From the NCBI GenBank assembly GCA_964016885.1, contig CAXHJY010001546.1:1-42740 (forward strand): a DNA stretch of 42,740 bases, read 5' to 3'. This document shows, one piece after another, positions 39,611-42,740 of this stretch. Numbering within the stretch: position 1 is the first letter of the stretch; every line of letters begins with the position of its first letter. The translations under genes and the position numbers were made by a program. The stretch is from Eledone cirrhosa. Taxonomy: Eukaryota. The notes below the pieces were generated by a model, which saw nothing but the letters and a program-made list of their open reading frames with translations, made no database searches and was not told the origin of the DNA.

Positions 39611-39814
39611 GAAGGCGCATGGCTCAGTGGTTAGAGCATTGGGCTTGCAATCGAAAGGTTGTGAGTTCAATTCTCGGACCGGGTGATGTGTTGTTTCCTT
39701 GAGCAAGACACTTTATTTTACGTAGCTCCAGTTTACTCAGCTGTAGAAATGAGATGAAGAGGTACCGGCCTGCCCACCCAGCCAGTGGGATGGCGTTATC
39801 TTATGGCTAAAACA

Positions 39815-39815
<1 letters not shown>
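39611..39815 (+). mobile_element. tRNA-derived SINE with CORE-like domain
   Basis: A-box TGGCTCAGTGG (39620-39630) and B-box GAGTTCAATTC (39663-39673), followed by CCTTGAGCAAGACACTT. It does not close a tRNA acceptor stem. Confidence 0.85.
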
Positions 39816-39861
<46 letters not shown>

Positions 39862-39864
<3 letters not shown>

Positions 39865-41154
39865 GGTGCGGACGATATTTGTTCGCAAGATTACTGTCTA
39901 GGAAAAAATAACACAGTAGTTTTATTTTTTAAGATATATTTATCAAACTTGGGTCAGTTTGTCTTCATGACTTGTTCTTTCGATCTCACTCGAGAAACCT
40001 GCTATTGGCTTTGATGACGGCCTCGGAACCGGCTACAGGCCTTCGTCACTGTCTTCCGACTTAGGCCCCTAAAGGCACTTGTGATCCTGGCCTTCAGATC
40101 GTCTTTCGTATTGCAGCTAGATCTGTTGGTGTCTCGTTCCACTGCGCCCCACACAAAGAAGTCGAGGGGGTTGCAATCAGGCGAGCTGGGAGGTCAGATG
40201 TCAGGTGAAGTGTGGTCGACGAAGTTCTCTGACAGCCAGGCTTGGGTCTTTCGGCTGGTATGGCAGGGCGCTGAGTCTTGCTGCCACACGTACGGCATAC
40301 CTGCAGCTACCTGGTCGATCCAGGGCTTTACTACCCCGCTCAGAACGCAGATGTAGCCTTTGGTGTTCAGCTTGAGGCCCTCAGGGAAGAAGTGAGGTGG
40401 CATGACGTCACCTTGACTGCTGACGACACCTAAGACCAATGTTGTCGCTGGAAACTTTGTCTGCATGACTCTAGCCACGTCTTTGGATGAGACAGCGAGC
40501 CACCTGTTATTCTGGGAGTTGATCTGGTCTTGGCAGAAGTTTTTCTCGTCGGAGAAAAACCACAACATGTCTGGCTCCAGTGGGTGTTTCAACTTGTTGA
40601 TCAGCTTCTTTGCGTGCTTCAGGCGCTTTTCTTGCATCGCCTTTCACAGAAATTGTGCTTTCCTCATCTTATATGAAACGTAGCGAATGTCTTCATGTAC
40701 CACCAGTCTAATGAGCTTTTCATCCACGCCTTTCTCCCTTGCAATGGCACGCATCGACTTGCTATGTTCATTGTTGATGATATCCTGAACTTCAGCGACG
40801 AACTCGGGCGTTCTGAAGGCGTTAGATCGTCGATCAGGTGTTTTCCTCTCTGATGTTGCTTCGTAGTCGAATCCTGAATCTTCCAATTCCTTTCTGACCT
40901 TTTCCACCATTCTCCTGCTGACACTGAGAAAGTCTGTAATTTCCTTATTTGTCCTCCCGGCGCGGATTCCAAGAAGAACTTTGTGTCTCTTCCACAAATT
41001 TGGAGGTTCAAAATTATTCATAATCAATTATTCTGAAAATAAATGATGGAAATATAGTCACTGTTTTTATGAAGACAAGAGTGACAATGGAAGTAAAAAA
41101 AATTTGCATAAAATTAGCAGTTAAAAATTGCGAACGAATATCGTCCACACCCTG
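39862..41154 (-). mobile_element. Full-length Tc1/mariner transposon, DD37D (maT) type, 1293 bp
   Basis: 27-bp TIRs CAGGGTG(C/T)GGACGATATT(T/C)GTTCGCAA with 2 mismatches, inserted at TA within (TA)n. Confidence 0.95.
39986..41021 (-). pseudogene. DD37D transposase pseudogene
   Basis: FFSDEKNF, WQQDSAPCH and I*PPSSPDCNPLD, with 37 residues between the 2nd and 3rd Asp. In-frame TGA stops at 40646-40644 and 40196-40194, and a frameshift near 40020 before EAVIKANSRFLE*. Confidence 0.93.
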
Positions 41155-41155
41155 T

Positions 41156-41243
<88 letters not shown>

Positions 41244-41352
41244 ATATATATATAATATATATATAATATATATATAATATATATATAATATATATATAAT
41301 ATATATATAATATATATATAATATATATATAATATATATATAATATATATAT

Positions 41353-41385
<33 letters not shown>

Positions 41386-41438
41386 ATATATATATATATA
41401 TATAATATATATATATATATAATATATATATATATAAT

Positions 41439-41469
<31 letters not shown>

Positions 41470-41611
41470 ATATATATATATATATAATATATATATAATA
41501 TATATATAATATATATATATATATAATATATATATATATATAATATATGTATAATATATATATATATATAATATATGTATAATATATATATAATATATAA
41601 TATATATATAT

Positions 41612-41656
<45 letters not shown>

Positions 41657-41798
41657 TATATATATATAATATATATAATATATATATATATATATAATAT
41701 ATATATAATATATATATAATATATAATATATATATATAATATATATATAATATATAATATATATATAATATATATAATAATATATAATATATATATAT

Positions 41799-41860
<62 letters not shown>

Positions 41861-42064
41861 ATATATATATATATATATAATATATATATATATATATAAT
41901 ATATATATATATAATATATAATATATGTATATATATAATATATACATATATATAATATATATATATAATATATATATATATATAATATTAATATATACAT
42001 ATATATAATATATATATATAATATATATATATATATAATATATATATATATATAATATATATAT

Positions 42065-42095
<31 letters not shown>

Positions 42096-42266
42096 ATATA
42101 TATATAATATATATATAATATATATATAATATATATATAGTATATATATAATATATATATATATATATAATATATATATAAATATATAATATATATATAA
42201 TATATATATATATATAATATATATATTATATATAATATATATATAATATATATATATATAATATAT

Positions 42267-42297
<31 letters not shown>

Positions 42298-42435
42298 ATA
42301 TATAATATATATATAATATATATAATATATATATAATATATATATATATATAATATATATAATATATATATATTATATATATATATAATATATATATATT
42401 ATATATACATATAATATATATATAATATATATAAT

Positions 42436-42477
<42 letters not shown>

Positions 42478-42674
42478 ATATATATATTATATATATATTA
42501 TATATAATATATATATTATATATAATATATATATAATATATATATATTATATATATATTATATATAATATATATATTATATATAATATATATATAATATA
42601 TATATTATATATAATATATATATTATATATATATTATATATAATATATATATAATATATATATAATATATATAT

Positions 42675-42740
<66 letters not shown>
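41155..42740. repeat. (TA)nA / (TA)nT nearly pure-AT microsatellite array
   Basis: Directly visible. Confidence 0.98.

Noticed and set aside
39611-39685. tRNA gene
   Set aside because: No acceptor stem or terminator; it runs into a SINE body repeated at 10053-10133.

Overview
AT-rich, microsatellite-dominated animal genomic DNA. The repeat families resemble my recollection of octopus/cephalopod repeats; this is an inference, not a database match. Nearly all listed ORFs are artefacts of (TA)n/(TG)n arrays or tandem repeats. The main discovery is a cluster of about 13 minimal type-I hammerhead ribozyme (HHR) motifs from several sequence families between 9.3 and 17.4 kb. They sit in short unique islands embedded in (TA)n. 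Eight of them lie as opposite-strand pairs inside four long fold-back palindromes whose architecture resembles Penelope-like element (PLE) termini. They include an AUA-cleaving family with fully divergent but base-paired stem II and a family with a compensated U3-A8 core. The window also contains two in-phase minus-strand exons of a probable secreted protein (3998-3901, 2825-2718), a full-length dead DD37D Tc1/mariner element, CR1-like and RTE-like LINE remnants, and tRNA-derived SINEs. Several minisatellites appear to have grown from transposon fragments, including a 3 kb array of a SINE A-box head.
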